Positions 1-9,287 of a stretch of 64,000 nucleotides of DNA are shown here, one piece after another (position 1 is the first letter of the stretch; the number at the start of each line of letters is the position of its first letter). The notes under the pieces are model-generated. The model worked only from the letters and a program-made list of their open reading frames with translations, did not search any database and had not been told where the DNA came from. The stretch comes from Anaerolineae bacterium (GTDB taxonomy: Bacteria; Chloroflexota; Anaerolineae; JBHIEC01). The translations under genes were made by a program, and so were the position numbers. The stretch is from contig JBHIEC010000001.1 of the NCBI GenBank assembly GCA_046760425.1, forward strand, positions 325-64,324, read 5' to 3'.

Positions 1-322
1 TGCGCACCGCCCGGCCCACGCCCCCGAAGGCGTGCTGGCAGGTCAGGATCCGGGCGCCCTGGGCCAGGATGGCCTGCCGGTTCTCCTCCGTCAATTCCTG
101 TTCGTTAGGCTCGCGGAAGCCGGTGGAGTGGGTGACGACAACTAGATTGTACCCCTGAAACAGCTCCGCCGCCCTGCGCCCCGTCTCCCCAGAGGTTGAA
201 GCCACCACAATCTGCCGGATGCCCAGCTCCTCGGCCCGCTGCCTGGCGAGCTGAAGGGTGCGCTCCGTGTTCCTCCTCCCCTCCTTCTCAAAGTAGACGG
301 TTTGCCCCACGATCTCTGGCAT
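1..322 (-). CDS. Partial CDS (5' end of gene inside window, 3' end beyond position 1); resembles a pyruvate kinase C-terminal-like alpha/beta domain protein
   Basis: ATG at complement 320-322. Reading frame continues to the window edge. Translation roughly MPEIVGQTVYFEKEG...ARILTCQHAFGG. No ORF-track entry because it is truncated. Confidence 0.4.
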   Translation of the reverse strand, partial: MPEIVGQTVYFEKEGRRNTERTLQLARQRAEELGIRQIVVASTSGETGRRAAELFQGYNLVVVTHSTGFREPNEQELTEENRQAILAQGARILTCQHAFGGVGRAVR

Positions 323-394
323 CTTCGTCCTCCTCTTAGCGGGTAATCTCCTTCCTGAGAGTTGGTGATGGAATGCAGGACTCCAGGCCATAGA

Positions 395-460
395 GCGCCG
401 CATAAATGACGGCGCCTGGCTAGGCCTGGGGAGCCAGGCGGCGTGCTTTCAGCCGCCGCC
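395..460. repeat. Copy A of a three-hairpin intergenic repeat family (copies also at 20744-20806 and 36276-36342)
   Basis: GCGCCGcataaatgaCGGCGC, then CCTGGCT..AGCCAGG, then GGCGGCgtgctttcaGCCGCC. The copies differ by compensatory stem changes (GCGCCG/CGGCGC here, GCACCG/CGGTGC in copy C). Confidence 0.6.
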
Positions 461-470
461 TTTGCTCCTC

Positions 471-1814
471 TCAGCGGTTAGTAACGTAAGGAATGGTCTG
501 AGGCCCCTCAGGCAGGACGCAGATGGTTGCTTCGGGGCCGTACTGGTCCATCAGTTGGGCCAGAGTCTCCTCGATGCTGTGGCAAGGGATGAGCAGGGCA
601 TCCCTGATCTCCTGATCGGAGAGATAGGACGTCTTGAGGTAGACGTCGGCCTTGAGCTGGATCTGGGCCTGGACCTGGGCCTCCCACTGGTCCTGCATCA
701 GGAAGCCGGGCGAGTGGATGATCTCCAGGAGCTCCCGGGGGCTGTCGGCCATGTGGAGGATGTTTTTGTATTGCCCGTGGTCGGGGATACCATCCCAGCA
801 CTCGGCGGCGGCGATGATGCTCCCGCCCTCCCTGACGATCTGGGCGGCGGCCGACATGCCTTTCACCGTCTGATAGAGGTTGAGGTCCAGGGGGTACCCG
901 GAGTTGGTGGTGATCACGATGTCGAAGGGGGCGGGCACGGGGGCCATGGCCGTGCTCCTCACGAACTCCACCCCCGCCCGATGGGCCTGCCAGACGTCGC
1001 CAGCGAAGACGCCTGTGATCTCCCTGTGTTTGTTGAGGGTCACGTTAAGCAGGAAGGTCGGCTCCGTCCTGGCCGCCACCTCGCGGATCTCCTCCCAGAT
1101 AGGATTGCCCTCCGTCACGCCCCAGGTAGCCCTGGGATGTCCGATCATCCTGGCATCGTGGTTGCCCAGGATGGCTCCTTCGTCGGCCAGGCCCGGGAGC
1201 ACCGCCTTGGGCCCGCCACTGAAGCCGGCGAAGAAGTGGGGCTCGATGAAGCCAGTCAGGATCTTAACTGAAGCCTCCATATACTCCCGGTTCAGGCTCA
1301 CCCGATGGCCGAAGCTGGTCTGACCCTTGAACGTGCTCACCCGTCCCGAGCCCTTCTCGAACCCGTGCGGCGCGACAGACGGGTGAGCACGTTCAACCAC
1401 AGGCACCAACCGGTCCTGGTCCCAGGCGTCGTGCTGCACCACCCGATAGCCCTCCAGGATGTCCGGCCCCAGCATCCCTGCCAGCTCCTCCTGGGTGTTG
1501 GGACGGTGAGTGCCCAGGGCGTTGATGAGCACGATGTTCTCCCGGGGGACGTGGTCCAGTTGGGCCAGGAGAACGGGCAGCACCCGGTGGTTGGGCATGG
1601 GGCGGGTGAGGTCGCTGAAGACCACGGCCACCGTGTCCTGGGGCCTGACCAGGTCGCGCAGGGGTGGCGTGCCCAGGGGGGCGCTCAGAGCCGCCTCGAT
1701 GGCCGCCGCTTCGTCGGGCAGACCCGCCGCGAACTTCGGCTCCAGCACGGTGACGTTCTTATCGGGCAGCTCAACCCATAACCCTTCTTTGCCATAAGCC
1801 AGCTTAACCCTCAT
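471..1814 (-). CDS. larA: Nickel-dependent lactate racemase LarA family protein (DUF2088)
   Basis: 447 aa ORF with LarA-family length and composition. Recognised by overall similarity only. Confidence 0.65.
   Translation of the reverse strand: MRVKLAYGKEGLWVELPDKNVTVLEPKFAAGLPDEAAAIEAALSAPLGTPPLRDLVRPQDTVAVVFSDLTRPMPNHRVLPVLLAQLDHVPRENIVLINALGTHRPNTQEELAGMLGPDILEGYRVVQHDAWDQDRLVPVVERAHPSVAPHGFEKGSGRVSTFKGQTSFGHRVSLNREYMEASVKILTGFIEPHFFAGFSGGPKAVLPGLADEGAILGNHDARMIGHPRATWGVTEGNPIWEEIREVAARTEPTFLLNVTLNKHREITGVFAGDVWQAHRAGVEFVRSTAMAPVPAPFDIVITTNSGYPLDLNLYQTVKGMSAAAQIVREGGSIIAAAECWDGIPDHGQYKNILHMADSPRELLEIIHSPGFLMQDQWEAQVQAQIQLKADVYLKTSYLSDQEIRDALLIPCHSIEETLAQLMDQYGPEATICVLPEGPQTIPYVTNR
1327..1395. 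repeat. Perfect 19-bp inverted repeat with a 31-bp spacer, lying in frame inside larA
   Basis: TTGAACGTGCTCACCCGTC ... GACGGGTGAGCACGTTCAA. Encodes roughly ERAHPSVAPHGFEKGSGRVST inside the LarA ORF. Confidence 0.7.
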
Positions 1815-2042
1815 CTCCCTTGTCTCCTCTCCAGCTTAAGGCCCTCCTCCCTGGCCACAGCCATTAACTCCTTGGCCACGTCTTGTCGCAGGGCGAAGAG
1901 CAGGTTCATGACCCCCACCAGTTGCTCGTAGCGCCACCAGTCGCAGGTGTGCCCCGCCCGTGGCCCCTCGGGCTCAGGAAGCTGACTTCATCGAATGGTT
2001 GGGCCTATACGAGATCAAGCTCAAGCGCGAGCATAAATATGA

Positions 2043-2498
2043 CTAATCCGGCACTATTTCCCAAAAACCTATCTGTCCCTGCAACCGCTGGATCTCCTCG
2101 TCCGGCAGGCGGACACAGATGCCTTGAGCCTCCGCAGCCACGGTACCATCTTCCAGCCGGATCTCCCCCCGCGCCTGCATGATGCGACCGCGCAGGCGGG
2201 TCGCCTCCCCCACCAGGGTCAAGGGCTGACCGATGGGCACGGGGTGGCGGAACTTCACCTCCATCTTGGCCGTCACCATCCACAGCTCGCGGCCGATGGC
2301 CACCCGCCCCATGATCTCATCCAGCAGCGCCGTGACCAGGCCGCCGTGCATCACCTCCGGGTAGCCCTGATGCTCCTCCCTGGGGGTGAAATGGGCTATA
2401 ACCTGCCCCTGCTCGTTCTCGTAGAAAAAGAGCTTGAGCCCGATGGGGTTCTCCATCCCACACACGAAGCACATGCGGGAGTTAGGTTGCTTACGCAT
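2043..2498 (-). CDS. PaaI-family (hotdog-fold) thioesterase
   Basis: Translation MRKQPNSRMCFVCGMENPIGLKLFF...HGGLVTALLDEIMG. A GGAGGTG ribosome-binding site sits 7 nt before the ATG at 2498. The ORF-track start at 2522 is an upstream alternative start. Confidence 0.7.
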   Translation of the reverse strand: MRKQPNSRMCFVCGMENPIGLKLFFYENEQGQVIAHFTPREEHQGYPEVMHGGLVTALLDEIMGRVAIGRELWMVTAKMEVKFRHPVPIGQPLTLVGEATRLRGRIMQARGEIRLEDGTVAAEAQGICVRLPDEEIQRLQGQIGFWEIVPD

Positions 2499-2796
2499 GG
2501 ATCGCCACCTCCAGAAGCCCACGCTGTAAGGCGTGGGAGAGTCACAGCATGGCCAGGAAAACAGCTACTTTTCCCTTTCCTGGGCTAGCTGTGAGAGTCC
2601 CCTTCGCAAGCGCTCGCAGCCCAATCACTATGACCCTGTGTTGGGTTCGAGCCCTGACAAGCGGTCACGCGCTCGCTGGTCTCATGGCCAGCTTTTTACC
2701 CAGACCCGCGTGATCGCTTGTCAGAGGACGCCACTTTGCAGTGAAAAGGGGCCTGCGGGTAAACTGTCCGGCAGCTAGCCCCTCGCCAGGGGCGAG

Positions 2797-3210
2797 TCAT
2801 TCCCCCAGCACCTTGATGATCATGCGCTTGCGGCGCTGGCCGTCGAACTCGGCATAGAAGATGCGCTGCCAGGGGCCCAGATCCAGGCGCCCGTTGGTAA
2901 TGGGCACGATCACCTGGTGATGGATAAGCAGCGATTTCAGGTGGGCATCGCCGTTGTCCTCGCCGGTGCGATGGTGGCGGTAGTCGGATCGGTAAGGGGC
3001 CAGCCCTTCCAGCCACTCCCAGACATCCTGATGGAGCCCCGGCTCGTTGTCGTTGACGAAGACGCCAGCCGTGATATGCATAGCCGAGACCAGGACGAGC
3101 CCCTCTCGCACGCCGCTCTCCTGCACCGCCTGCTCCACGTCGCGGGTGATGTGGATCAGTTCCCGTCGCTGTCGGGTGTTGAAGGTCAGGTATTTGGTGT
3201 GGGACTTCAT
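2797..3210 (-). CDS. YjbQ/UPF0047 family secondary thiamine-phosphate synthase-like protein
   Basis: 137 aa. [25 protein letters not shown] is typical of the YjbQ family. Confidence 0.7.
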   Translation of the reverse strand: MKSHTKYLTFNTRQRRELIHITRDVEQAVQESGVREGLVLVSAMHITAGVFVNDNEPGLHQDVWEWLEGLAPYRSDYRHHRTGEDNGDAHLKSLLIHHQVIVPITNGRLDLGPWQRIFYAEFDGQRRKRMIIKVLGE

Positions 3211-3222
3211 CGTTTCCTCCGT

Positions 3223-4587
3223 TCATTTCCCCACGCAGAAATGGCTGAAGATGGCCTCCAAGAGATCCCCGCTCACGGTCTCGCCGGTGATCTCCCCCAG
3301 GGCGTTGACCGCCGCCGTCAGGTCAATGGCGATGAAATCGGCGGGCAGCCCTCGTCCGTGGGCCTCCTGGGCCGATGCGACGTGCTCCAGGGCCCGCTGC
3401 AGGAGGACCTTGTGGCGCGGGTTGCTGACCAGAGGTTCGTCCGAGGCCACCACCCGCCCGGAGAAGACCGCCTCCACCATGGCCTCCTCCAGCGTCTCTA
3501 ACCCCTCCCCCGTCAACGCCGAGATGCGCACCCGGGGCGCATCGGGCAGGAGATCGAGGGAGGTCAGGGCCTGGGGCAGATCGGTCTTGTTGATCACCAG
3601 GATGGCTGACCGCTGGCCCACCAGCCCCGCGATCTCCCGGTCGGCCTCGGTCAGAGGCTCGCTCCCATCCACGACCAGGAGGGCCAGGTCGGCCCGGCGC
3701 AGAGCCTCCCGGCTGCGTTCCACCCCCAGCCGCTCCACCAGATCCTCGGTGGCGGCGATGCCGGCCGTGTCCACCAGCACCAAAGGGACGCCCCGCAGGT
3801 TCATCGTCTCCTCCAGGGTGTCGCGGGTGGTGCCGGGGAGGGGGGTGACGATGGCCCGCTCGGTTCGCAGCAGTGCGTTGAGCAGTGTGGACTTGCCCAC
3901 GTTGGGCCGCCCCACGATGGCCGCCCGTATCCCCTGCCGATAGATGATCCCCTGATCGGCGTGGGCCAGCAACCCCTCGATCCGGGCCCGAGCCCGCCCC
4001 AGAGCGGGGGCGATGTCCTGCGGCGGGACTTCGTCCTCGGGGAAGTCAATGGTGGCCTCCAGATAGGCCAGCACGTCCACCAGTTGGGCGCGCACGGCCT
4101 GCACCTCCTGGGACAGACGACCGCCCAACTGGTCAACGGCCACCCGCAGGCCGGCCTCTGTTTTGGCCTGGACGATGTCCAGGACGGCCTCAGCCTGGGC
4201 CAGATCGAGGCGGCCGTTGAGGAAGGCGCGGACGGTGAACTCGCCTGGGCTGGCCAGGCGGGCGCCGTGGCGCAGGGTCAGCTCCAGGATGCGTCGCAGG
4301 GGCACGATGCCGCCGTGGGCGTTGATCTCCACCACGTCCTGGCGGGTGTAGGTGTAAGGAGCCCGCATATAGGACACCAGCACCTCGTCCACAGCCTCGC
4401 CACTGGCCGGGTCTACGATGTGGCCGTAGTAGAGGTGGCGGGAAGCCAGGACACCATCGCCCCTCACACCCCGAAAGAGCTGGCGCAAGATGGGCAGCGC
4501 CTCCCTCCCGCTGAGGCGCACGATGCCGATCCCCCCTTCGCCAAGGGGGGTAGAGATGGCAGCAATGGTATCGTCCAGGCTGTACAT
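3223..4587 (-). CDS. mnmE: tRNA modification GTPase MnmE (TrmE)
   Basis: 454 aa. G-domain motifs GRPNVGKST, DTAG and NKTD. Ends with the C-terminal CxGK motif (FCVGK). Confidence 0.9.
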   Translation of the reverse strand: MYSLDDTIAAISTPLGEGGIGIVRLSGREALPILRQLFRGVRGDGVLASRHLYYGHIVDPASGEAVDEVLVSYMRAPYTYTRQDVVEINAHGGIVPLRRILELTLRHGARLASPGEFTVRAFLNGRLDLAQAEAVLDIVQAKTEAGLRVAVDQLGGRLSQEVQAVRAQLVDVLAYLEATIDFPEDEVPPQDIAPALGRARARIEGLLAHADQGIIYRQGIRAAIVGRPNVGKSTLLNALLRTERAIVTPLPGTTRDTLEETMNLRGVPLVLVDTAGIAATEDLVERLGVERSREALRRADLALLVVDGSEPLTEADREIAGLVGQRSAILVINKTDLPQALTSLDLLPDAPRVRISALTGEGLETLEEAMVEAVFSGRVVASDEPLVSNPRHKVLLQRALEHVASAQEAHGRGLPADFIAIDLTAAVNALGEITGETVSGDLLEAIFSHFCVGK

Positions 4588-4868
4588 CCCCGCTCTCCTG
4601 GTTCTATGTTCGCTGTGGAGGGGCGTCCGCGCCCCGTCCTAGGTCTTTACACCGAAGCCGGGCCAGGGACGCCCCTTGATAGCACCACCAGGTTCCCCGC
4701 CTGAACGGGTACTTCTGATCTGCCCTAATTGTACCAGCAACGGCGGCCAAAGGCAACAGGAACCTTTGGCCCACCTTTTACGTCTACCATGGCAGAACTC
4801 AAGGAGGAAGTGCGGGCCAAGGCCATCGAGATCCAATAGGCCCGAGCGAAGCGAAAAGGTCATGGAGA

Positions 4869-5141
4869 TCAGGGTTTTCCGAGCCCCTCATCGTGCTCGC
4901 CGATGTTGCGCAGGAGGCAGATGTCATCTTCGATCTGAAAAGTCATGCGGCAGGAGCAGGTCACCCGGGCCTCCCAGATATCCCGCGTCCCCCTGATCCG
5001 CTTGACTCGCAGGCTGGGGTGACGCAGGTTTTGCAGCAGCAGCCGGAGGGCCTTCCTGGCCCCTTCCCGGTTCTCCGGGGTCAGCTTTCTATAGGCTCTC
5101 TTGAACCGTTCCGTGCGGGCAATCTTCACCTTGTCACGCAT
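4869..5141 (-). CDS. Type II toxin, RelE/ParE family
   Basis: 90 aa with RelE/ParE-like composition (...RIRGTRDIWEARVTCSCRMTFQIEDDICLLRNIGEHDE). Overlaps the upstream antitoxin by 8 bp. Confidence 0.65.
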   Translation of the reverse strand: MRDKVKIARTERFKRAYRKLTPENREGARKALRLLLQNLRHPSLRVKRIRGTRDIWEARVTCSCRMTFQIEDDICLLRNIGEHDEGLGKP

Positions 5142-5409
5142 CTAGGTCGGCGATCAACTCCTCGGCGCTCTCGAAGGCCCGCACCCGGCCGGCGCGGATG
5201 TCTTCGTCCGCCTCCCGCTCGGCGGCCTGCCATTCTTCGGTCCAGAAGTAGGCCTGGCTCTTGTCCACCAGTCGTTTGGGGGTCAGCACTACCTTGTCGT
5301 CCACCACGGTCACCTCAACGTAGTCGCCCTCCTGGATGTTGGCCGCTCGACGGACGGCGGCGGGGATCGTGATCTGGCCACTGCGGGTTACTTTGACCAA
5401 ACTTGCCAT
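5134..5409 (-). CDS. AbrB/MazE/SpoVT-family antitoxin
   Basis: 91 aa. N-terminal swapped-hairpin motif (VKVTRSGQITIPAAVRRAANIQEGDYVEVTV). Coupled to the RelE/ParE toxin immediately downstream. Confidence 0.7.
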   Translation of the reverse strand: MASLVKVTRSGQITIPAAVRRAANIQEGDYVEVTVVDDKVVLTPKRLVDKSQAYFWTEEWQAAEREADEDIRAGRVRAFESAEELIADLDA

Positions 5410-5423
5410 GGGTCTCCTCCGGG

Positions 5424-5458
5424 TTTAGTAATTTAGTAATTTGCGATATTATTATACC
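5424..5458. promoter_or_regulatory. Candidate operator/promoter of the AbrB-RelE toxin-antitoxin operon
   Basis: TTAGTAAT TTAGTAAT direct repeat. An AT-rich ATAATAAT (-10-like, minus strand) lies immediately upstream of the antitoxin start. Confidence 0.35.
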
Positions 5459-5639
5459 CCCCTGGCTTCATCTGTCAACTCGTCTTTCGAGGTCTATCCG
5501 CCACGATAGGCCTTTTTGGTGAGGGGGGCCTTGATCGATGTGCATTTTGGAGGTTTTTGGTGTATACTTGGTGGGGAGTAAGTAGAGGAGTGCTGGAGTC
5601 CCTGGGCTGGACGTTGGGAGTCCATGCAGAGCCGCAAGT

Positions 5640-5683
5640 GTTTGACGGTCAAACAGTAAGACCCAGCTGTTCGACAGTCGAAC
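5640..5683. promoter_or_regulatory. Two similar perfect 15-bp palindromes (candidate dimeric-regulator sites)
   Basis: GTTTGACgGTCAAAC at 5640-5654 and GTTCGACaGTCGAAC at 5669-5683. Confidence 0.3.
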
Positions 5684-5758
5684 CCTCTTGGACAAGGGCA
5701 GGGTCCCGAGCCACCCCGGCAGGTCAAGGTGTTCCTGCAAGGGACACGTTTGAAGGAG

Positions 5759-6085
5759 CTACTTGCTGCGGTACCGCTGTTGAAGCAGAGTCAGATCCTC
5801 GCGCAGCTCCTTCAGGCCGTACTGGGCCACCGTGCCTCGCTGGCGTAACTCGTCCAGGATGTCGTAGATAGAAACGCCTGCCATCTCGGCCGCTCGCTCT
5901 TTGGTGATTTTACCCTGTTCGTACAGGCGCAGGGCATGGGCCAGGCGCCAGCGATGAACGCCCTCGGTTAAGAGCTTTCGAGCCACCGAGGTTCGATCCA
6001 TCTGCTCTTCGGCAGCGATGCGCTCCAGCTCTTTTATAAGGCTCTCAGGGATTCGGATGTTTAGTTGACGGGTTGCTTCAGCCAT
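5759..6085 (-). CDS. UPF0175 family (ribbon-helix-helix-like) antitoxin
   Basis: 108 aa, LNIRIPESLIKELERIAAEE...GKITKERAAEMAGVSIYDILDEL. Overlaps the DUF3368 gene by 8 bp. Confidence 0.65.
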   Translation of the reverse strand: MAEATRQLNIRIPESLIKELERIAAEEQMDRTSVARKLLTEGVHRWRLAHALRLYEQGKITKERAAEMAGVSIYDILDELRQRGTVAQYGLKELREDLTLLQQRYRSK

Positions 6086-6635
6086 TTTTACCCTCCCGTT
6101 CGCGTTGGATGGCCTCAGCCGCCGCTTTCAGGGCGTTGAGGATGGCTAGGTCAGTGTTCATGGCGACGGCGATGCGGTCCAGGAGATCAATGCACTTTTC
6201 GTAGGGGATCTCGCCTTGGATGTAGCCCTCCAGGGGAAAAACCTGCAGGATGGTATAGGTGATGTTGTGGGCCCTAGCCAGGGCGCGCCCCTTACGCTCC
6301 TCGATGATCAGGCGGGTCCCCATCTCCCTGGCGTAGGCCAGGGCTTCACACTCTCCCATGCCCAAGGCCCCGCTGGTGTGAAGATCTCGGGCAAAGCGCC
6401 TCTGTTCTTGGGTTAAGGTCACAACCTGGACCAGCCCGGCCTGCATGGCCGCCTCGATCACCAGGGCATCGTCTTTCCCGCGTTGTTTTCCGGCTCTGAC
6501 CGCCTCCTGAAAGACGGCCGGAGGAATACCCAGCAGCCCATAGGCCTGGTGCAGGGTACCGATCTCCTGAAGCTTGGCGATGATGATCAGTGAAGAGGCA
6601 TCGAGGACGGCCCCTATGGCTCGGCTCCTTTCCAT
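6078..6635 (-). CDS. DUF3368 domain (PIN-like) protein, toxin partner of UPF0175
   Basis: Translation MERSRAIGAVLDASSLIIIAKL... is the typical DUF3368 N-terminus. The ORF-track start at 6665 is likely an N-terminal over-extension. Confidence 0.6.
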   Translation of the reverse strand: MERSRAIGAVLDASSLIIIAKLQEIGTLHQAYGLLGIPPAVFQEAVRAGKQRGKDDALVIEAAMQAGLVQVVTLTQEQRRFARDLHTSGALGMGECEALAYAREMGTRLIIEERKGRALARAHNITYTILQVFPLEGYIQGEIPYEKCIDLLDRIAVAMNTDLAILNALKAAAEAIQREREGKNG

Positions 6636-6907
6636 GTCGCTCTCGTTGATAGCATGAGATAGCAAATCCTAATACCATTATACCCGAAGGCGGGGAAATC
6701 GTCAAGGCCAATTTCGTGTGGTCTCCCTGTTGAGAGTTGGCGTGGTCTAATGCGTTGTGGGAGGCACTCCTCAGCCGAAGTCCTCACGGCCGAAACCTAC
6801 GGGAGGCTACCTGGGGGTGCAGAAGAGCAAATCCTGCCTCGGCCATCGCTGAACTGAAGGAGATGTCGCCGAGGTAGAGAATGTAAAAGAAAGGACGATA
6901 TCGAACC

Positions 6908-7429
6908 ATGGAAATATTGCTTGGAGCAACTCTGATCTTTCTGGCCCGGCTGGTTAACGTGGCCATGGCCACGGTGCGCACGTTGCTCAGCATGCGGGGA
7001 CAGAAGTATCTGTCAGCGGCCATCGGCTTCTTCGAGGCCCTGATCTTCCTGCTGGCCATCAGCCAGGTGCTGCAGAACATCGGCAACATCTGGAACCTGC
7101 TGGGCTACTGCGGCGGCTTCGCCGCTGGCACCCTGGTAGGGATGGACATCGAAGAGAGGCTGGCTCTGGGCTATGTCATCGTGCGCGTCGTGGCCCGGCA
7201 CAATGGCCATGAGATCACCCAGGCCCTGCGTCAGGCTGGCTACGGGGTGACCGAATCCATCGGGAGGGGGCTGACTGGCAGGGTGCGCATCATTGAGACG
7301 GTGGTCAAACGCAAGGACACCGCAGCGGTCACGGATCTGATCAGCTACGTTGATGAGGCGGCCTTCATCACCGTCGAGGATGCCAGCCGAGTCCAGCGGG
7401 GCTACATCCAGCCCAGGCAGCGGACGTAG
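6908..7429 (+). CDS. DUF2179/UPF0316-like membrane protein
   Basis: 173 aa. Hydrophobic N-terminal half followed by a soluble C-terminal domain. Weak family assignment. Confidence 0.45.
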   Translation: MEILLGATLIFLARLVNVAMATVRTLLSMRGQKYLSAAIGFFEALIFLLAISQVLQNIGNIWNLLGYCGGFAAGTLVGMDIEERLALGYVIVRVVARHNGHEITQALRQAGYGVTESIGRGLTGRVRIIETVVKRKDTAAVTDLISYVDEAAFITVEDASRVQRGYIQPRQRT

Positions 7430-7449
7430 GCGAATGAAAAAGGCGTTCA

Positions 7450-7480
7450 CCCTTGCGAAGGTTCCGAACCTTCGCAAGGG
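7450..7480. repeat. Palindromic repeat family CCTTGCGAAGGTT..AACCTTCGCAAGG, copy a
   Basis: CCCTTGCGAAGGTTCCGAACCTTCGCAAGGG is a perfect palindrome. Related copies lie at 36404-36435 and 48478-48554. Confidence 0.7.
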
Positions 7481-7550
7481 TTGCCCAAGCTTGTTTCGAA
7501 AGAGAATCCGTGCTATAATTTGGCTGCACAGTGACGAAAGGAGGGGAGGG

Positions 7551-7742
7551 ATGCCATTGAACCTGGGCCCATTCGAGTTGATCATCATCTTGGTGATCGT
7601 CATCATCGTCTTCGGCGTGGGCCGCCTGCCCGAGGTCGGAGGGGCCATCGGCAAGGGCCTGCGGGAGTTCCGCCGCGCCTCGGCCGGGCTGGACGAGGCC
7701 GAAGAGGGGAAGGCTGAGGAGGAGGGGAAGAAGGAGACCTAG
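7551..7742 (+). CDS. tatA: Twin-arginine translocase subunit TatA/E
   Basis: [58 protein letters not shown] ribosome-binding site. GCTATAAT -10-like box at about 7511-7518. Confidence 0.85.
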   Translation: MPLNLGPFELIIILVIVIIVFGVGRLPEVGGAIGKGLREFRRASAGLDEAEEGKAEEEGKKET

Positions 7743-8665
7743 GGGTTCCGGCCGAAGCCGCTGCCCAGTTCCTGCAAGACCTGATGTAGATCCTGCGGCA
7801 ACTCAGCCGTAAGTTCGATGGGCTGGCCGCTGGAGGGTAGGCGGAAGCCCAGCTTCCAGGCGTGGAGGAATTGGCGCCCTAGGCCAAGGCGCTGCCTGCG
7901 GAAGCCGTAGACGGGGTCGCCGACCAGGGGATGGCCCAGAGAGGCGAAGTGGACGCGAACCTGATGGGTGCGCCCCGTCAAGGGATGGGCCTCGACCAGG
8001 GTGTACTCCCCCAGGTACTCCAACACGCGATACTCGGTCCTGGCCTCTCGACCGCCCCGGGCGGTTACGGCCATGCGCTTGCGCTGACGGGGGTGCCGCC
8101 CGATGGGCGCCTCGATCAGACCTCGCTTCGGTTCCAGCCGCCCCTCGACCAAAGCCAGGTAAACTTTCTTAACGTGCCGCCCTTTGAACTGCTGCTGCAG
8201 GCTCTGCTGGGCGGCATCGTTCTTGGCCACGATGATCAGGCCCGAGGTGTCCTTGTCCAGGCGATGGACGATACCCGGACGCAGGGTGCCGTTGATACCC
8301 CCCAGATCCGGGCAGTGAGCCAGGATGGCGTTGACCAGGGTGCCTCTGCGGTGGCCGTGGGAGGGATGGACCACCAGCCCCGACGGCTTGTTGACCACGA
8401 TCAGATCCTCGTCCTCGTAGACCACGTCCAGGGGGATGGCCTCGGGCTCCAGCTCCATCGCCTCCGGCGGCGGTACCTGCACCACGATCTCGTCGCCAGT
8501 CTCGACGCGGTAGCTGGCCTTGATCGCCCTGCCGTCTACCGTGACCCGCCCCTCCCTGATCAGCCTCTGGATCAAGGAGCGGGAGAGGTCGGGCACCACC
8601 TGGGCGACGTACTTGTCCACCCGTTCCCCGGGCTCAGTGGCGCGCAGTTGAATCACTCGTTCCAT
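7739..8665 (-). CDS. RluA/RluD-family 23S rRNA pseudouridine synthase
   Basis: S4 domain followed by the catalytic [10 protein letters not shown] motif. Start taken as MERVIQL. Confidence 0.8.
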   Translation of the reverse strand: MERVIQLRATEPGERVDKYVAQVVPDLSRSLIQRLIREGRVTVDGRAIKASYRVETGDEIVVQVPPPEAMELEPEAIPLDVVYEDEDLIVVNKPSGLVVHPSHGHRRGTLVNAILAHCPDLGGINGTLRPGIVHRLDKDTSGLIIVAKNDAAQQSLQQQFKGRHVKKVYLALVEGRLEPKRGLIEAPIGRHPRQRKRMAVTARGGREARTEYRVLEYLGEYTLVEAHPLTGRTHQVRVHFASLGHPLVGDPVYGFRRQRLGLGRQFLHAWKLGFRLPSSGQPIELTAELPQDLHQVLQELGSGFGRNP

Positions 8666-8746
8666 AGACTTGCTCCACAAAAAACAACGCCCGAGGCTGA
8701 CCAGCCCTCGGCGCGTTCGACATACACCTCTCTCCCCCTGATCCTC

Positions 8747-9262
8747 TCAACTCCCTCCCATCTCCTCTTGAGCAGCAGGCTCCTCATCCCTCACCCCCTC
8801 TTTTTCTCGCAGCAGATAATAAGCCAGGACAGCCACACCGATCACGATGGCGCTGTCGGCCAGGTTGAACACGGGCCAGACCTTGAAATCAATGAAATCA
8901 ACCACATAACCGTAGTGCAGACGATCCAGGAGATTGCCCAGGGCCCCTCCTAACTGCAGGCCCAGGCTGGCCCTCACCAGCCACCGATCGGTGGGCAGGT
9001 AGCGATAGTAAGCCACGATGGCCACCACCACGACGACGGCGATGACGACGAAGAGAGTACCCTGATCGGGGAACAGGCCGAAGGCCGCCCCCGAGTTCAC
9101 CACGTGGGTGACGCTGAACAATCCTCTCAGCAAAGGGACAGGGTTCCAGGACTCGCCCACCTTTAGATAACGCAGGACCAGATACTTGCTGACCTGGTCA
9201 GCGGCGAAAACGGACAAAGCTATCCCCGCCAGGAGGACCCTATCCCATCTCTCTCTGGTCAA
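8747..9262 (-). CDS. lspA: Lipoprotein signal peptidase (signal peptidase II)
   Basis: 171 aa with four transmembrane segments. NSGAAFG and FNLAD motifs. Confidence 0.85.
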   Translation of the reverse strand: MTRERWDRVLLAGIALSVFAADQVSKYLVLRYLKVGESWNPVPLLRGLFSVTHVVNSGAAFGLFPDQGTLFVVIAVVVVVAIVAYYRYLPTDRWLVRASLGLQLGGALGNLLDRLHYGYVVDFIDFKVWPVFNLADSAIVIGVAVLAYYLLREKEGVRDEEPAAQEEMGGS

Positions 9263-9287
9263 GATCTAACCTCGTGGACCACAGGTC

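Noticed and set aside
2640-2665. GGGTTCGAGCCC resembling a tRNA T-loop
   Set aside because: No acceptor, D-arm or anticodon-arm pairing could be built around it. The flanking T-stem candidates are not complementary.
4787-4837. 16-codon plus-strand mini-ORF (MAELKEEVRAKAIEIQ) upstream of the RelE toxin gene
   Set aside because: Too short to support. It is on the opposite strand to the toxin-antitoxin operon. No ribosome-binding site.
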